From Octopus sinensis (lineage: Eukaryota): a DNA stretch of 64,000 nucleotides. Made by a program: the position numbers and the translations under genes. The stretch lies in contig NC_043019.1 in assembly GCF_006345805.1 (NCBI RefSeq), positions 6,385,360 to 6,449,359 on the forward strand. The letters run 5' to 3'. Positions 24,673-40,089 of this stretch are shown piece after piece (the first letter of the stretch is position 1; each line of letters begins with the position of its first letter). The notes under the pieces are model-generated. The model had not been told where the DNA came from. It saw nothing but the letters and a program-made list of their open reading frames with translations, and searched no databases.

Positions 24673-27462
24673 TATATACCGCAAACCACCATCAATCCAC
24701 ACCGCTGCGCCGTTCACCAACCACCATCCACCGTACTACTGCGAACCTCTCATACCGTTAGCAGTTTCAATACATCACAAACGACCGCCGCCACAAAAAC
24801 ATTGTTATGGCTACCGATGAATGGGAAGAACGTCAATGGCGTTGAAGCGATTGTGAAACACTCGGTGTTTCATGTTTAAATATGAACTGAGAAACTGTTG
24901 TGGGTTCTCTAGTTTTTGTTGTTGTTTTAGCGCTTACCTTCATGGAAGTAAGGCCGAGTGCGCTTGCGTTGTTGTTGTTGTTATTGTTGTGGTTGTTGTC
25001 GTCGTGGTTGTTGCTGGTGTTGTTATTGCATTTTAAAACATGGATCCCCACCCTGCCACCGATCCAGGAGAGAAATCCGCCATAATTCAAATGTATTTTC
25101 GCCATCGATTCCTGTACTCAATTGGTACTTATCTTATTGATTTCGAAAGAATGAAAAGCAGTCGACCACATCTGAATTTGAACTCAGAACACAAAGTGCT
25201 TTGTGTAGTTGTTGTAGTTGTCGCTGTTGTTGCTGTTTAGCCAATGGAAACCCACCCCAATCATCAACCCATACAATATTTCCACCATTATCATTCATAT
25301 CCTCCATTTAATAATTCCATTTTTTATTTTTTATTTTTTGAATACGGCTGGCAAGTTTGAAGTGACGAGAAATCGATGACATTGATCCTACATCGACGAG
25401 CGACAAACTCGACCTTTGTGGAACTTCAATCTCAGAACGTAGGATTCCTGCATTACCCCCCATCTCCATTTAATAAGATCTAGGATTGTCCTTCATAATA
25501 TATCCCCCATTTTTTTCTAATGAAAGAATACGAATTGAGAGAGATCACATTATTATTTCTAACAGGTAGAATGGACCCGTGGGTGTTTCATTGATGTTCT
25601 TCGTGTTGTATTTGTTACACGAGCGACGAATTTTAACTACTTCAGATATGATGAAAGTTTTCTCTAACCTGCCAGATTTTTAATCTCCTTGTTAGACTGT
25701 TTTTATCCACTCTACTGACTATCCACCTGTCTACCTGATCTCTCTGTCTATCTCTCTATCTTCCTATGTACCAACATGGTTGTCTATCGTTCGTCTATCT
25801 ATCTCTCTTACTGCCCGTTTCTCATTTTCTACCTGTATGTTTGTCTACCTATCCATCCATCTTACATTTTCACAAGTGTACCAAGCGGTACAAGTAAATC
25901 ATTGCTCAATATAAACTGAGCAATGTAGCGTTGTCGTATGTAAAATAATTTACCCATACGACTTGGTACATTAATTAACGTTAACCAATCATTAGCGTCA
26001 ATTTTTCTTTTAATGATTCGATATGTGACTGTTTGTCATCATTTAAAGGGACCATGGGACAACTAGGACAACTGGGACACGCAGGAATTTCTAAATAGAA
26101 TGCCTAACAAAAAGATATCGCTTTTTGCTTTTATAGTGCAGCTCACGTGATGATGAACCATGTCTCATACGGTCCGCTTCTCGAAAAAGATTGCTTGTGT
26201 TAAATTTAAACATGTCGATGTATTTAATATAAAAATCTTTTTACATGAGAATCAGCCTCACCCTCATGAATTGGAACATTGTTATTTGTAAATCCATGGC
26301 AGGTAGGTAGAAAAAAAACTATATATTTTGATAATACAGTGTGATCTGAGTTCCCAATACATATACGATATAGTTCAATAATATTTCGATACACATACAA
26401 GATCAAAGCTTATAAAAGATCATAGCGTATCAAATTGCACAGCTACCACTTGATATGTTAAAATCTCTTGTCTTCTTCTTTGATACACGTAATCTTCAAA
26501 CAGATCAGCGCGAAACATGTTATACAATTCTAATAGTCTTGAAGGAGAATCAGAAGTATACTGGCAAATGAAATTCTAAACTCTTCATCAGAATCCGTAG
26601 TTCTGTCGTCATTCAAGTATGGCTCCCGTTTCAGATTATTTTCTAACAATGATCATCTGACGTACGTGCTTAAAATATTCACAAGTATTGTTAATACAAA
26701 CGAAATCATTAAAAGTTGTAACAACTGCTTTATGCTGAAGCAATAACCAACGACAAATCAGATCTCTTTCTCTCCTTTTCTCTCGAACGAATTCCCTGTA
26801 TATATATTCCTGGCAATAGATTCTGGGATCTTATCACAATGTCTTTCTCATCTCTGCATTGATTTAAAGATAATACACTGAATTCAACAATAGCGGTAAT
26901 TCACTAAAATTCATTCTACTTGCCTAGGGACCCTCTTAATTTTTCTTAAAATAATTTGTAATTCATGTTTCTAGATTAACTTAGAACATCTCTTCTGGGC
27001 ATGAATTGGATCAAACACGATTATTTGTTGACTGGGGTCAATAAATTGACAATTATTCGATGACACCACTCTTTTATTGCATTGGAAACGGCAACAATGT
27101 ACGGTAAGTCACAGCGACTCCTATATATTGGCAATTTTCATAATTTGAAATTTCTTCACATTGATTTTGATTATCAAAATCACAATGATATTCGAGATCG
27201 GTCTCTCTTTCAATTTCTTTCTCGCCATCTCTCCCTCTCCACCCCCACTCCCCACACTCTTTGCCTCTAGTGAATGAGTAACACATTTAAAGCTATATGT
27301 ACTTCCAATCATATACATACAATAAATACACACACACACACACATCCGTACGCAAACGATGAGTACATCAAAAGATAGATACATCAATATATACATATAT
27401 ATACATACGTGTGTGTTCCTGCGTCCGTGTGTGCGTGCCTATGTGTGTGCGTGCGCGTTAGT

Positions 27463-27506
<44 letters not shown>

Positions 27507-28277
27507 TATAGAAATGCGTTAAATACATCAATAGATATTATACTACCATTATTCCGGGCCAACACTCAGCATTAATACGTCTTTCCTTCCTTTGCCATGA
27601 AGCAATGCAATGATTATTAACAACAGCTTTTCTATTTCCACTGCCTATGGAAGTACCATTATTTCGGTCTTTAAGACTTCGGCGATGAACTTGTGGACAA
27701 GAATACTATCCAGTTTAAAGTCTGTGGCCTACTCTCCTTTGGATATTTTTTTGCTAAGGCAATCAGTCATCACGCCGGAAGAACAGGGACGATCTACACG
27801 AGAGAGATCAGATATCTATCGTTTTTTTACAGAAACGTAAGCAGGTGACGCTTGTGGGTTGTGGATTGGCAGTTTAGAAAAATTTCCAGAGAGGTCTGAA
27901 GGCACAGACACACTGGGGAATTGTTCAGGGGTCCCCCGGTTCTAGCGTCTTTATTTTTAACCATGTATGCTATGTCCTGCTGTTAATAAGTAAATACTAT
28001 AGGGGGCCAAATGTACTGATTTTCTCAGAAGCATATAATGCTGCAAAGAAGGCCCTGCTAACAACTTGCTCTATCTCATAACATGAATTGAGATGTGATT
28101 ATTGTATATTATGTGCAAAAAAAGGTGGGGCATTGAAGAATACACACGTTTCTTTTGAAATCCGGGATTTTCACATAATCGATAATCTCTCTAAAAATGC
28201 TGGATTTGATATCTTCTAATACTTGCTACTCCAACATAAAAAAATTAAACTGGCAATGATGCATGGATGCTCAACTG

Positions 28278-28670
28278 GGATCTTTTCACTTTGACCGGCA
28301 GATTTTTAAAATAATTTCTTTGCTACTAAACACTTTTAAACTTCGTATACTTGTAGTGTGTTACATAAAACATCTTTTTCTCTTGGCTTTCTGGAGAAAA
28401 TTCTGTAGTTTCTAAGCTAATCATTGTTTAATTTCTTATTCATATGACACTGCCAGAAAATGTTGTTCACCTCAATAGACGTCATTGATTGGTTGAAATT
28501 GCCGAAACGCAAGAAATTAAACAACAAATAGCTTACAAACTACAGAATTTTCTCGAGAAATCCAAGAGAAAAATATGTTTGATGTAACACACTACCAGTA
28601 TACGAAGTTTATAAGTGTTTAGTTACAAAGAAATTATTTTAAAAATCTACCGGTCAAGGTGAAAAGATCC
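28278..28670. mobile_element. MITE with ~140-bp TIRs, Merlin-like; related to 10015-10437
   Basis: Termini GGATCTTTTCAC...GTGAAAAGATCC; TSD CTCAACTG / CTCCACTG (8 bp, 1 mismatch). Confidence 0.82.
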
Positions 28671-28852
28671 CTCCACTGTTACCCTCCCCACCCCCACCCG
28701 CACAGTAGATTCTCTGATTCGTTTTCTCTGTTTCTATGTTGCATTAAAGGGCCAAGAAATCAAGACCTACAAACAATGCGGTTTTACCAAACTTTCTCTT
28801 GGTAGTGATCAGCTCTTGTTTCTGAAGCTAACTACATGCGACCTTGGCAGAG

Positions 28853-28892
<40 letters not shown>

Positions 28893-29082
28893 CACACACT
28901 CACTCACTCACTTACTCACACACACACATGCACACAAGCACTTACATATACAGTGTATGTATGAACAAGAGGGATTACTAAATCCAGGCAGAAATATGTA
29001 AAGCAATCAGTGTTAAACGAATTTGGTTAATTATATCAACCATCAGATACCAATAAATACAAGAAGAAACATCGATGGTAAT

Positions 29083-29312
29083 GCGGCGAGCTGGCAGAAA
29101 CGTTAGCACGCCGGGCGAAATGATTAGCGGTATTTCGTCCGCCGTTACGTTGTGAGTTCAAATTCCGCCGAGGTCGACTTTACCTTTCATCCTTTCGGGG
29201 TCGATAAATTAAGTACCAGTTACGCACTGGGGTCGATGTAATCGACTAAATACCTATGTCTGTCGTTGTTTGTCCCCTCTATGTTTAGCCCCTTGTGGGT
29301 AATAAAGAAATA
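29083..29312 (+). mobile_element. SINE family B monomer
   Basis: Family B head, core and GGTAATAAAGAAATA end. Confidence 0.85.
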
Positions 29313-29947
29313 GGTAATTCGTCAGGTATGGCAAGTAAATCTTAATAATACTTACAAGAATGTCAGGTGATTCGGAATATGAAACAACAAGAACAAGAAG
29401 AAAGAGAATCACATCTTTAATTGATTGTTACACCATACGTTACCGACCGTCTTTTCTATCGTATCAGCATATTCAGATACAGAGAAAAACGTATTATATA
29501 TCATTCCAATTAATATATCTGACAATATGTGCTAACACAACGTTATCAAGGCCATCTAAAATTGGTTAAATTCAAAGTGAACTCAGAAAATATCTCTAGC
29601 AGATGAACGCATGCAAAAAGAACGTTAAGAAGAAATATATTCTAAGAAAAGCCAGTTTAGTATTCAACTTTTGATGACGTCAGCAGATAACAAAAGAATA
29701 TAAAGAATAAACATAGAAATTCTAAGTCACAAAAATTTGTCATCTATCTATTAAATATGCTATAAAAAAAATAGAAAAAATATGCATATTACATTACAAG
29801 AAAGGCAACTGTAATTAATGGGTTACTAGGTCATTATGCTGTCGGAAAAAAATATTTGTTAATCATGCATGCAGGCACCGTCTTTTAATTGTAGACTGTT
29901 ATGGAGCGAAAGTCTCACCTGCTATGGTAACAACTGTCTGTCAATCA

Positions 29948-30006
<59 letters not shown>

Positions 30007-30007
30007 A

Positions 30008-30038
<31 letters not shown>

Positions 30039-30308
30039 AATCTATCTATCTATCTATCTATTTTTCACATACACACATACACACACACACTCTCTCTCTC
30101 TCCCTGTACCTCTCTCTCCCTCCCTCCCTCTCTCTCTTTCTCCCTCTTTCAGAAATATACACATACGTAATCAGCCAAAAAATAACTATATTGTTATAAT
30201 ATTAAATTTTTTTTCTTTTGTTAGAAACTATGCACGTTGGGTTGACAGACTTGTATTTGAAATTCCCGCATTGTTATTTAAAACCTTTTACTTACCATGA
30301 GGATAGCA

Positions 30309-30462
<154 letters not shown>

Positions 30463-30889
30463 GTCACACGCGCCGTCTGTCTCACATTCTATTATGCTCT
30501 CAGCAACAAGATTTTCTCTTTGCTCTCTTCTCAAAACACCTTGAGAAGTATATTTTGATTCCTCCTCTTCTTTCTCTCTCTCTAATAAACGTTGTGACGG
30601 AGCGACAGACAGAGAACCGTTTCTCTTGTATAACATAATATTTACTCTTGAAATATGAGAAAACTGGAACAAAATCTTTTTCTACAATTTATTGATTCTA
30701 CTTGAGAAAGTCAAAGATCACATTTAAAACAACCAGTATTGTACGATAGAGCGTAACAAACATTGGACCACTTTATATGATAATGAATGTTCTTGCCTTT
30801 TAAATCGTAGAATCACATTTTCTTCTAAACTTAACTGAAGAAAGATGCTTGTGCAATCTAGGTTCCCAAACTGTAGCAGGAGAACATAT

Positions 30890-31212
30890 GTGGAAGCACT
30901 CCGTCGGTTACGACGATGAGCACTCCACAGACACGTGTACCCTTAACGTAGTTCTCGGGGATATTCAGCGTGACACAAGAGAGTGACAAGGCCGGCCCTT
31001 TGAAATACAGGTACAACAGAAACAGGAAGTAAGAGTGAAAGAAAGTTGTGGTGAAAGAGTACAGCAGGGATCACCACCATCCCTGCCGGAGCCTCGTGGA
31101 GCTTTAGGTGTTTTCGCTCATTAAATACTCACAATGCCCGGTCTGGGAATCGAAACCGCGATCCTACGACCGCGAGTCCGCTGCCCCAACAACTGGGCCA
31201 TTGCACCTCCAC
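30890..31212 (-). mobile_element. SINE family C (tRNA-Arg-like head), internal deletion
   Basis: 15-bp TSD AGCAGGAGAACATAT at 30875-30889 and 31213-31227. Confidence 0.85.
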
Positions 31213-31700
31213 AGCAGGAGAACATATATTAATAACATGTCTGATTGCCTATACAGATTTTACATTGATACATTATATTCTTCCTTACACAATGATTTTC
31301 TGAAGGACAGTTCATTTTGTTCCTATAATTACAAAGGTATTTAGGCACAGGATTCATCGTGTGGTAAGAAGCTTGATTCCAAACCATATGGTTCCGAGTT
31401 CAGTCCTACTGCGTGGTACCTTGGGCAAATTTCTTCTACTATAGCCTCGGGCGAACCAAAACCTTGTGAGTGGATTTGATAGATGGAAACTGCTGTAAAA
31501 ATGACTAGAACAAGTATAAGAATAAAACAACGTACATAGTTGTATATTCGTCTTTTATTCTTTTACTATTTTACTTGTTTCAGTTATTTGACTGCGGCCA
31601 TGTTGGAGTACCGCTTATTAGTCAAATAAATCAACCCTAGGACTTATTCTTTGTAAGCCTAGCACTTATTCGGTCTCTTATACTGAACCTCTAAGTTAGA

Positions 31701-32539
<839 letters not shown>

Positions 32540-32864
32540 TCGATATACCTTGTACGATTAGCACTGCCAGCAGGAATAGCATTTTTCCAAACTATTTATA
32601 TATCTGCCCACAACGCTGCCATTTTGTTCTGCTAATGTGCGAATGTATTTGAATGGACATGGCTGTACTTCAGCTGAAAATGCATTAGCGCGATACTGTT
32701 GAATCATTAAACGGCGGGATTAAAACTGGGTTAAAGAGATTAACCAGTTGCCAATTCCATTTTATTAGACTCAGCGTCGTCCTTCTAAACCATATAGGAT
32801 TAAAAAGATACCCTGCATACTTCATTGGGTCATAAGATCTTTGGAAGCAAAATTCAAAACATAA

Positions 32865-34784
32865 GAATACGCTAGCAATAATATCTATGGACATGGAATG
32901 TTTATAGAATTTGTTGACTATTTTTTGCTTTAAATATTGTTACGGTATTTGTATCAGAATTATTTGCTTCATTAGTTGCCAGTATTATTGTATGATAGTC
33001 AGGGATCTCATTATAAGCTGATGGGATCTGATGCTGGTACCCTGTAACCCAGTACTACCGGCTCCATGGTCGAGTGATCGGTGACTAAACCATCTCCCCA
33101 ACTTGAATACGCTAGCAATAATATCTATGGACATGGAATGTTTATAGAATTTGTTGACTATTTTTTGCTTTAAATATTGTTACGGTATTTGTATCAGAAT
33201 TATTTGCTTCATTAGTTGCCAGTATTATTGTATGATAGTCAGGGATCTCATTATAAGCTGATGGGATCTGATGCTGGTACCCTGTAACCCAGTACTACCG
33301 GCTCCATGGTCGAGTGATCGGTGACTAAACCATCTCCCCAACTTGAATACGCTAGCAATAATATCTATGGACATGGAATGTTTATAGAATTTGTTGACTA
33401 TTTTTTGCTTTAAATATTGTTACGGTATTGTATCAGATTATTTGCTTCATTAGTTGCCAGTATTATTGTATGATAGTCAGGGATCTCATTATAAGCTGAT
33501 GGGATCTGATGCTGGTACCCTGTAACCCAGTACTACCGGCTCCATGGTCGAGTGATCGGTGACTAAACCATCTCCCCAACTTGAATACGCTAGCAATAAT
33601 ATCTATGGACATGGAATGTTTATAGAATTTGTTGACTATTTTTTGCTTTAAATATTGTTACGGTATTTGTATCAGATTTATTTGCTTCATTAGTTGCCAG
33701 TATTATTGTATGATAGTCAGGGATCTCATTATAAGCTGATGGGATCTGATGCTGGTACCCTGTAACCCAGTACTACCGGCTCCATGGTCGAGTGATCGGT
33801 GACTAAACCATCTCCCCAACTTGAATACGCTAGCAATAATATCTATGGACATGGAATGTTTATAGAATTTGTTGACTATTTTTTGCTTTAAATATTGTTA
33901 CGGTATTTGTATCAGAATTATTTGCTTCATTGGTTGCCAGTATTATTGTATGATAGTCAGGGATCTCATATAAGCTGATGGGATCTGATGCTGGTACCCT
34001 GTAACCCAGTACTACCGGCTCCATGGTCGAGTGATCGGTGACTAAACCATCTCCCCAACTTGAATACGCTAGCAATAATATCTATGGACATGGAATGTTT
34101 ATAGAATTTGTTGACTATTTTTTGCTTTAAATATTGTTACGGTATTTGTATCAGAATTATTTGCTTCATTAGTTGCAAGTATTATTGTATGATAGTCAGG
34201 GATCTCATTATAAGCTGATGGGATCTGATGCTGGTACCCTGTAACCCAGTACTACCGGCTCCATGGTCGAGTGATCGGTGACTAAACCATCTCCCCACTT
34301 GAATACGCTAGCAATAATATCTATGGACATGGAATGTTTATAGAATTTGTTGACTATTTTTTGCTTTAAATATGTTACGGTATTTGTATCAGATTTATTT
34401 GCTTCATTAGTTGCCAGTATTATTGTATGATAGTCAGGGATCTCATTATAAGCTGATGGGATCTGATGCTGGTACCCTGTAACCCAGTACTACCGGCTCC
34501 ATGGTCGAGTGATCGGTGACTAAACCATCTCCCCAACTTGAATACGCTAGCAATAATATCTATGGACATGGAATGTTTATAGAATTTGTTGACTATTTTT
34601 TGCTTTAAATATTGTTACGGTATTTGTATCAGAATTATTTGCTTCATAAGTTGCCAGTATTATTGTATGATAGTCAGGGATCTCATTATAAGCTGATGGG
34701 ATCTGATGCTGGTACCCTGTAACCCAGTGCTACCGGCTCCATGGTCGAGTGATCGGTGACTAAACCGGATCCCCAACTTGAATA
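32865..34784. repeat. 240-bp tandem array, 8 near-identical copies
   Basis: GAATACGCTAGC at 32865, 33105, 33345, 33583, 33823, 34062, 34301 and 34540; the array ends GAATA at 34784. Confidence 0.97.
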
Positions 34785-34860
34785 GTTGATACTCTTGGGA
34801 AAAAGATGCATGGACACCCAACAATAACAAGAATGATAATAAAAACAAGCGCAAACACAC

Positions 34861-34929
<69 letters not shown>

Positions 34930-35257
34930 TATTATTAAAGGCGGTGAGCTGGCAGAAACGTTAGCACGCTAGGCGAAATGCTTAGTGACATTTCGTCTGT
35001 CTTTACGTTCTGAGTTCAAATTCTGAGTTGTAATTTGTCCTTTCTGTGTGCAGCCTTGTGTGGCTAATAAAGAAACGCATTTTGTTGGGTTAAGGCAATG
35101 GCAAATCCCTCCAATATCTCTGCCAAAAAAAAAACACTACGAGAAAGTCTGAACGAAATGACACTGTGGCTTCATCCGATGAGAGAAGTTGCGATTAATC
35201 AGGAAGATTTTCGGTTTAGTGTCATTCAGACACTGTAAGAGCGTACGAATCTTTACC

Positions 35258-35673
35258 TATTTCTTTATTACCCACAAGGGGCTAAACACAGAGGGGACAA
35301 ACAAGGACAGACATAGGTATTAAGTCGATTACATCGACCCCAGTGCGTAACTGGTACTTAATTTATCGACCCCGAAAAGATGAAAGGCAAAGTCGACCTC
35401 GGCGGAATTTGAACTCACAACGTAACGGCAGACGAAATACCTATTTCTTTGCTACCCACAAGGGGCTAAACACAGAGGGGACAAACAAGGACAGACATAG
35501 GTATTAAGTCGATTACATAGACACCAGTGCGTAACTGGCACTTAGTTTATCGACCCCGAAAGGATGAAAGGCAAAGTCGACCTCGGCGGAATTTGAACTC
35601 ACAACGTAACGGCAGACGAAATACCGCTAAGCATTTCGCCCGGCGTGCTAACGTTTCTGCCAGCTCGCCGCCT
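35258..35673 (-). mobile_element. SINE family B, duplicated body, young
   Basis: 14-bp TSD TACGAATCTTTACC at 35244-35257 and 35674-35687. Confidence 0.88.
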
Positions 35674-36237
35674 TACGAATCTTTACCACCATGACGCTTA
35701 TTGTGAGGTAAGTTCACGGTGTGATGGTAAGTTGTATCGCCTGGAATTTTAACCATGAAGTTTCTTATCGAAAACTAAATCTATTTCCGTTTCCATGTAA
35801 ACTTGTTTCCAAATAAATCTCCTAGTTGGAATATTTCCTACATCAATTTGTAATTGCGCAAATCTCTAAGGAACTATTCCCAGCAGACATAGCAGATCCA
35901 TGAATTCTTCGCCATTCATATTTACATTAGGAATTTGGTTAGTATTATTCCTTGATACTGATTCCATGCGTTCACCTATCTGTACTACTGGATCGTATAT
36001 ATATACCTCTGTAAGCAATAAAACTAAGTATGGTATATAATCGCTTGCAGCTCTGCTAAAGCTGTAAACAATCCCATCGTTTCTAGTTTAAGAATAGCTA
36101 AAATTACGTCTTTTTCGAGTTTACGTTGGCTTTTTTGCTTTTGTTTTTTGGATAAATTAATGAAATGGATAAGCCTAAACGTCCGTCGAACATATTTAAA
36201 AGCATAATTTTTTTTAAAAGAACCCTAAAAAGAACCC

Positions 36238-36659
36238 AGGAGTGGCTGTGTGGTAAGTAGCTTGCTAACCAGCCACATGGTTCCGGGTTCAGTCCCACTC
36301 CGTGGCATCTTGGGCAAGTGTCTTCTGCTATAGCCCCGGGCCGACCAATGCCTTGTGAGTGGATTTGGTAGACGGAAACTGAAAGAAGCCTGTCGTATAT
36401 ATGTATATATATATATATATATGTGTATGAGTGTGTGTTTGTGTATGTGTGTTTGTCCCCCTAGCATTGCTTGACAACCGATGCTGGTGTGTTTACGTCC
36501 CCGTCACTTAGCGGTTCGGCAAAAGAGACCGATAGAATAAGTACTGGGCTTACAAAGAATAAGTCCCGGGGGCGATTTGGTCGACTAAAGTCGGTGCTCC
36601 AGCATGGCCGCAGTCAAATGACTGAAACAAGTAAAAGAGTAAAAGAGTAAAGAGTAAAG
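36238..36659 (+). mobile_element. Full-length SINE family A
   Basis: Complete element ending in (GAGTAAAA)n. Confidence 0.88.
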
Positions 36660-37114
36660 TGCAAAGTCGAATGAAATACATGTAAAAATGTATTTTTTAA
36701 AACTGATTTTTTAAAACTGTATTTGTCCAATGTATTTCTTTTTTGTGTGTGTGCTATGTCGTTTGTCGAGTTAAGTCGCATTTTTTTAACCAAATACATA
36801 AGATGAGATAAGCCTGTATTCCGTAGGTAACAAATACGCCACCCTCTACTGCGGCATCGTGTAATTTCAAAGAACATATCATTACGTCACATAACCACAT
36901 AAGATTATATTTAGAATTCTTTGATTCAAACCTATAATTTGCAAAGATATAACTTAGTTTTTCGATTACAAATTTGATTTCCAAGTATTTTCACCTGAAA
37001 TTATATATTGGCTCCAATAGGCTTCATTAATCATGATTGCTTCCAACGTTTTATCTGCTTATTAATTCTTATTACGTTCCGGTAGATACAAGCGCAAACA
37101 TGTCGCAGTTATGT

Positions 37115-37502
37115 GGAAGCACTCCGTCGGTTACGACGACGAGGGTTCCGGTTGATCCGAATCAACGGAACAGCCTGCTCGTGATATTAACGTGTAAGTG
37201 GCTGAGCACTCCACAGACACGTGCACACTTAACGTAGTTCCCGGGGATATTCAGCGTGACACAGGGAGTGACAAGGCTGGCCCTTTGAAATACAGGTACA
37301 GCAGAAACAGGAAGTAAGAGTGAGAGAAAGTTGTGGTGAAAGAGTACAGCAGGGATCACCACCATCCCCTGCCGGAGCCTCGTGGAGCTTTTTTTAGGCG
37401 TTTTCGCTCAATAAACACTCACAACGCCCGGTCTGGGAATCGAAATCGCGATCCTATGATCCCGAGTCCGCTGCCCTAACCACTGGGCCATTGCGCCTCC
37501 AC
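37115..37502 (-). mobile_element. Full-length SINE family C
   Basis: tRNA-like head; 12-bp TSD TCGCAGTTATGT. Confidence 0.88.
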
Positions 37503-37744
37503 TCGCAGTTATGTATGTCACAAGCGAACAATCTTTCCCTTTCATGACAACAGTGCGTTCACAATACACTCGCTTCCTTGGCCCTAAAACCTTCTGAAAT
37601 ACCCGTGTTTCGACATGCATCTCATCAGCCAGTAACACCCGCACCTTTGAACCTTAACAAGCCGCTGTTTTTTTTTTGTTTTTTTTTATACTGTTTCAGC
37701 AAAATATGCTGTCTTTGTGATCAGTACTTATGACTCTCTCTCTC

Positions 37745-37951
37745 TTTTACTCTTTTACTTGTTTCAGTCATTTGACTGTGGCCATGCTGGAGCACCGCCT
37801 TTAGTCGAGCAAATCGACCCCCAGGACTTATTCTTTGTAAGCCCAGTACTTATTGTATCGACCTATTTTGCCGAACCGCTAAGTTACGGGGATGTAAACA
37901 AAATTTGTAATCGAAAAACTGTTATCGGTTGTCAAGCGTTGTTGGGGACAA

Positions 37952-38015
<64 letters not shown>

Positions 38016-38018
38016 ATA

Positions 38019-38057
<39 letters not shown>

Positions 38058-38289
38058 CAATAAAATATATATTTATATATATAAAATTTATAAGTATAAA
38101 TATTTTATAAGTATAAATAATTAAACAATTTTTTTGTAGTTTTTAAAAAATTTAACTTTAAATTTAAATAATCTAAATTTTGAATTTTATATTTTATATA
38201 TTTTGTATATTATATTAATTAATTCTATTTCTATGTTTTGGTTTATGTTTTTCACTGCTTGATTTGCCTAATAGTGGTTTTATCTCTAA

Positions 38290-38372
<83 letters not shown>

Positions 38373-38403
38373 CGAAGGTCTTCTTTCAGTTTCCGTCTAC
38401 CAA
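37745..38403 (-). mobile_element. SINE family A, truncated, with an expanded AT-rich interior
   Basis: Tail and body similarity. Confidence 0.65.
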
Positions 38404-38924
38404 CCGATAACTTAGTATGTTTGATTCTATCCAACATGTCAGTTTTGTTTAGCAAGCATGATTCAATCCGCTGCAGTAGCTTTCTACGTAGTCCGATGTT
38501 GGTGTTTTTTTCAGCAGTATACTGTATCCGACTCTGTCAAATGACTTACTGAAATCAAAATAAATGATATCCATGTTACAATTCCCTGTCAAAGTATTGA
38601 ATAGCTGTGTTAAGCAGTCTCTGCCACCACAAAACGTTTCTGGCAGGAATTTAGGGAAGTGTTGCTCTCTGGCGAGTCATTCGTTTTCCTTTCCGTATGC
38701 TCTGAAATGTTTTAATGATACGAGAGGTAAGGGAGATCCGATAGTAATTTACTTCAAGTCAATTATTTCTTATTTTGAAAATTCGGATGACAGATGAAGA
38801 GAGAAAATGTTTAGGTATATAACCAACGTCCACTCATTCAATCCTATTAGCCACAGGAAATACAAATTTATGAAAGTCTGCCATTAGGACATAGCGACAG
38901 AATTTATCAGAAGTCCCTGATGAG

Positions 38925-39599
38925 TTGTGTTTAATTGTTATTTGTTATCGCTGAGGGGTTAGGTGACTAGTCAATAAGCTAACTTTAAAGAAGTGAAACT
39001 GAACCAGCACGCGTGTTTATTATTTTTAATGACATTATGACCCTCACAAAATGCAGTAAAGTATGTTTCAAGATACGAGTTTACATCAAGAACCTTGCAA
39101 ACAAAATGCAAATTGTTTCTATCCTTGGCACGAGGATAAAGAAAACGAGATAATGTAGAATATGCAGACTTGGGAATAGATGTCGAGAGAAAAGTGGAAT
39201 ATGAAGGCAAGAGTGGTTGGTGGAAATTGTGATTGAAACACATGGGTGGGCGACGGAAAGTCTTCAGAAACGCTTTGACACATTTGGAATCTGTCCCAGC
39301 ATTACCACAATGCAAAAATCCAATACTACTGGGAACAGCAAATATCCTGCAGAAAGCACTGTTTCAGATTAAATAGTCAATTAAAATGATCCAATGTCAA
39401 CAAGTTCATCACAGTGTTTAATTGTTATTTGTTATCGCTGAGGTGTTAGGTAACTAGTCAATAAGCTAACTTCAAAGAAGTGAAACTGAACCAGCGCGCG
39501 TGTTTATTATTTTTAATGACGTTATGATCCTCACAAAATACAGTAAGGTATGTTTTAAGATACGAGTTTACATCAAGAATCTTGCAAACAAAATGCAAA
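38925..39599. repeat. Direct repeat (~187 bp; 38925-39111 and 39413-39599) flanking an R4-LINE 3' fragment
   Basis: TGTTTAATTGTTATTTGTTATCGCTGAGG...CAAAATGCAAA occurs twice. The interior encodes an SITTMQK.ILLGTANILQKAL-like LINE C-terminus. Confidence 0.75.
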
Positions 39600-39697
39600 A
39601 ATGAAACATAAATATTGTTTATTAGTGGCATAACGGCCCTCTCGAGATACAACAACAGAAATATAATAATGTGTCTCATAGAGTATAGTTAATGGTG

Positions 39698-40089
39698 AGG
39701 CGCAATGGCCCAGTGGTTAGGGCAGCGGACTCGCGGTCATAGGATCGCGGTTTCGATTCCCAGACCGGGCATTGTGAGTGTTTATTGAGCGAAAACACCT
39801 AAAGCTCCACGAGGCTCTGGCAGGGCGTGGTGGTGAACCCTGCTGTACTCTTTCACCACAACTTTCTCTCCCTCTTTCTTCCTGTTTCTCTTGTACCTGT
39901 ATTTCAAAGGGCCGGCCTTGTCACACTCTGTGTCACGCTGAGTATCCCCGAGAATTACGTTAAGGGTACACGTGTCTGTGGAGTGCTCAGCCACTTGCAC
40001 GTTAATATCACGAGCAAGCTGTTCCGTGGATCGTATCAGCTGGGACCCTCATCGTCGCAACCGACGGAGTGCTCCTATATATCCTATAC
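39698..40089 (+). mobile_element. Full-length SINE family C
   Basis: tRNA head; TSD TAGTTAATGGTG. Confidence 0.85.

Noticed and set aside
26043-26940. Possible TTAA-flanked Kolobok-like element
   Set aside because: The candidate termini match poorly and no clear protein similarity was seen.
32865-34784. CRISPR array, repeated exon or retrozyme interpretation of the 240-bp repeat
   Set aside because: There are no unique spacers, all frames I checked contain stops, and neither strand has a CUGANGA...GAAA core.
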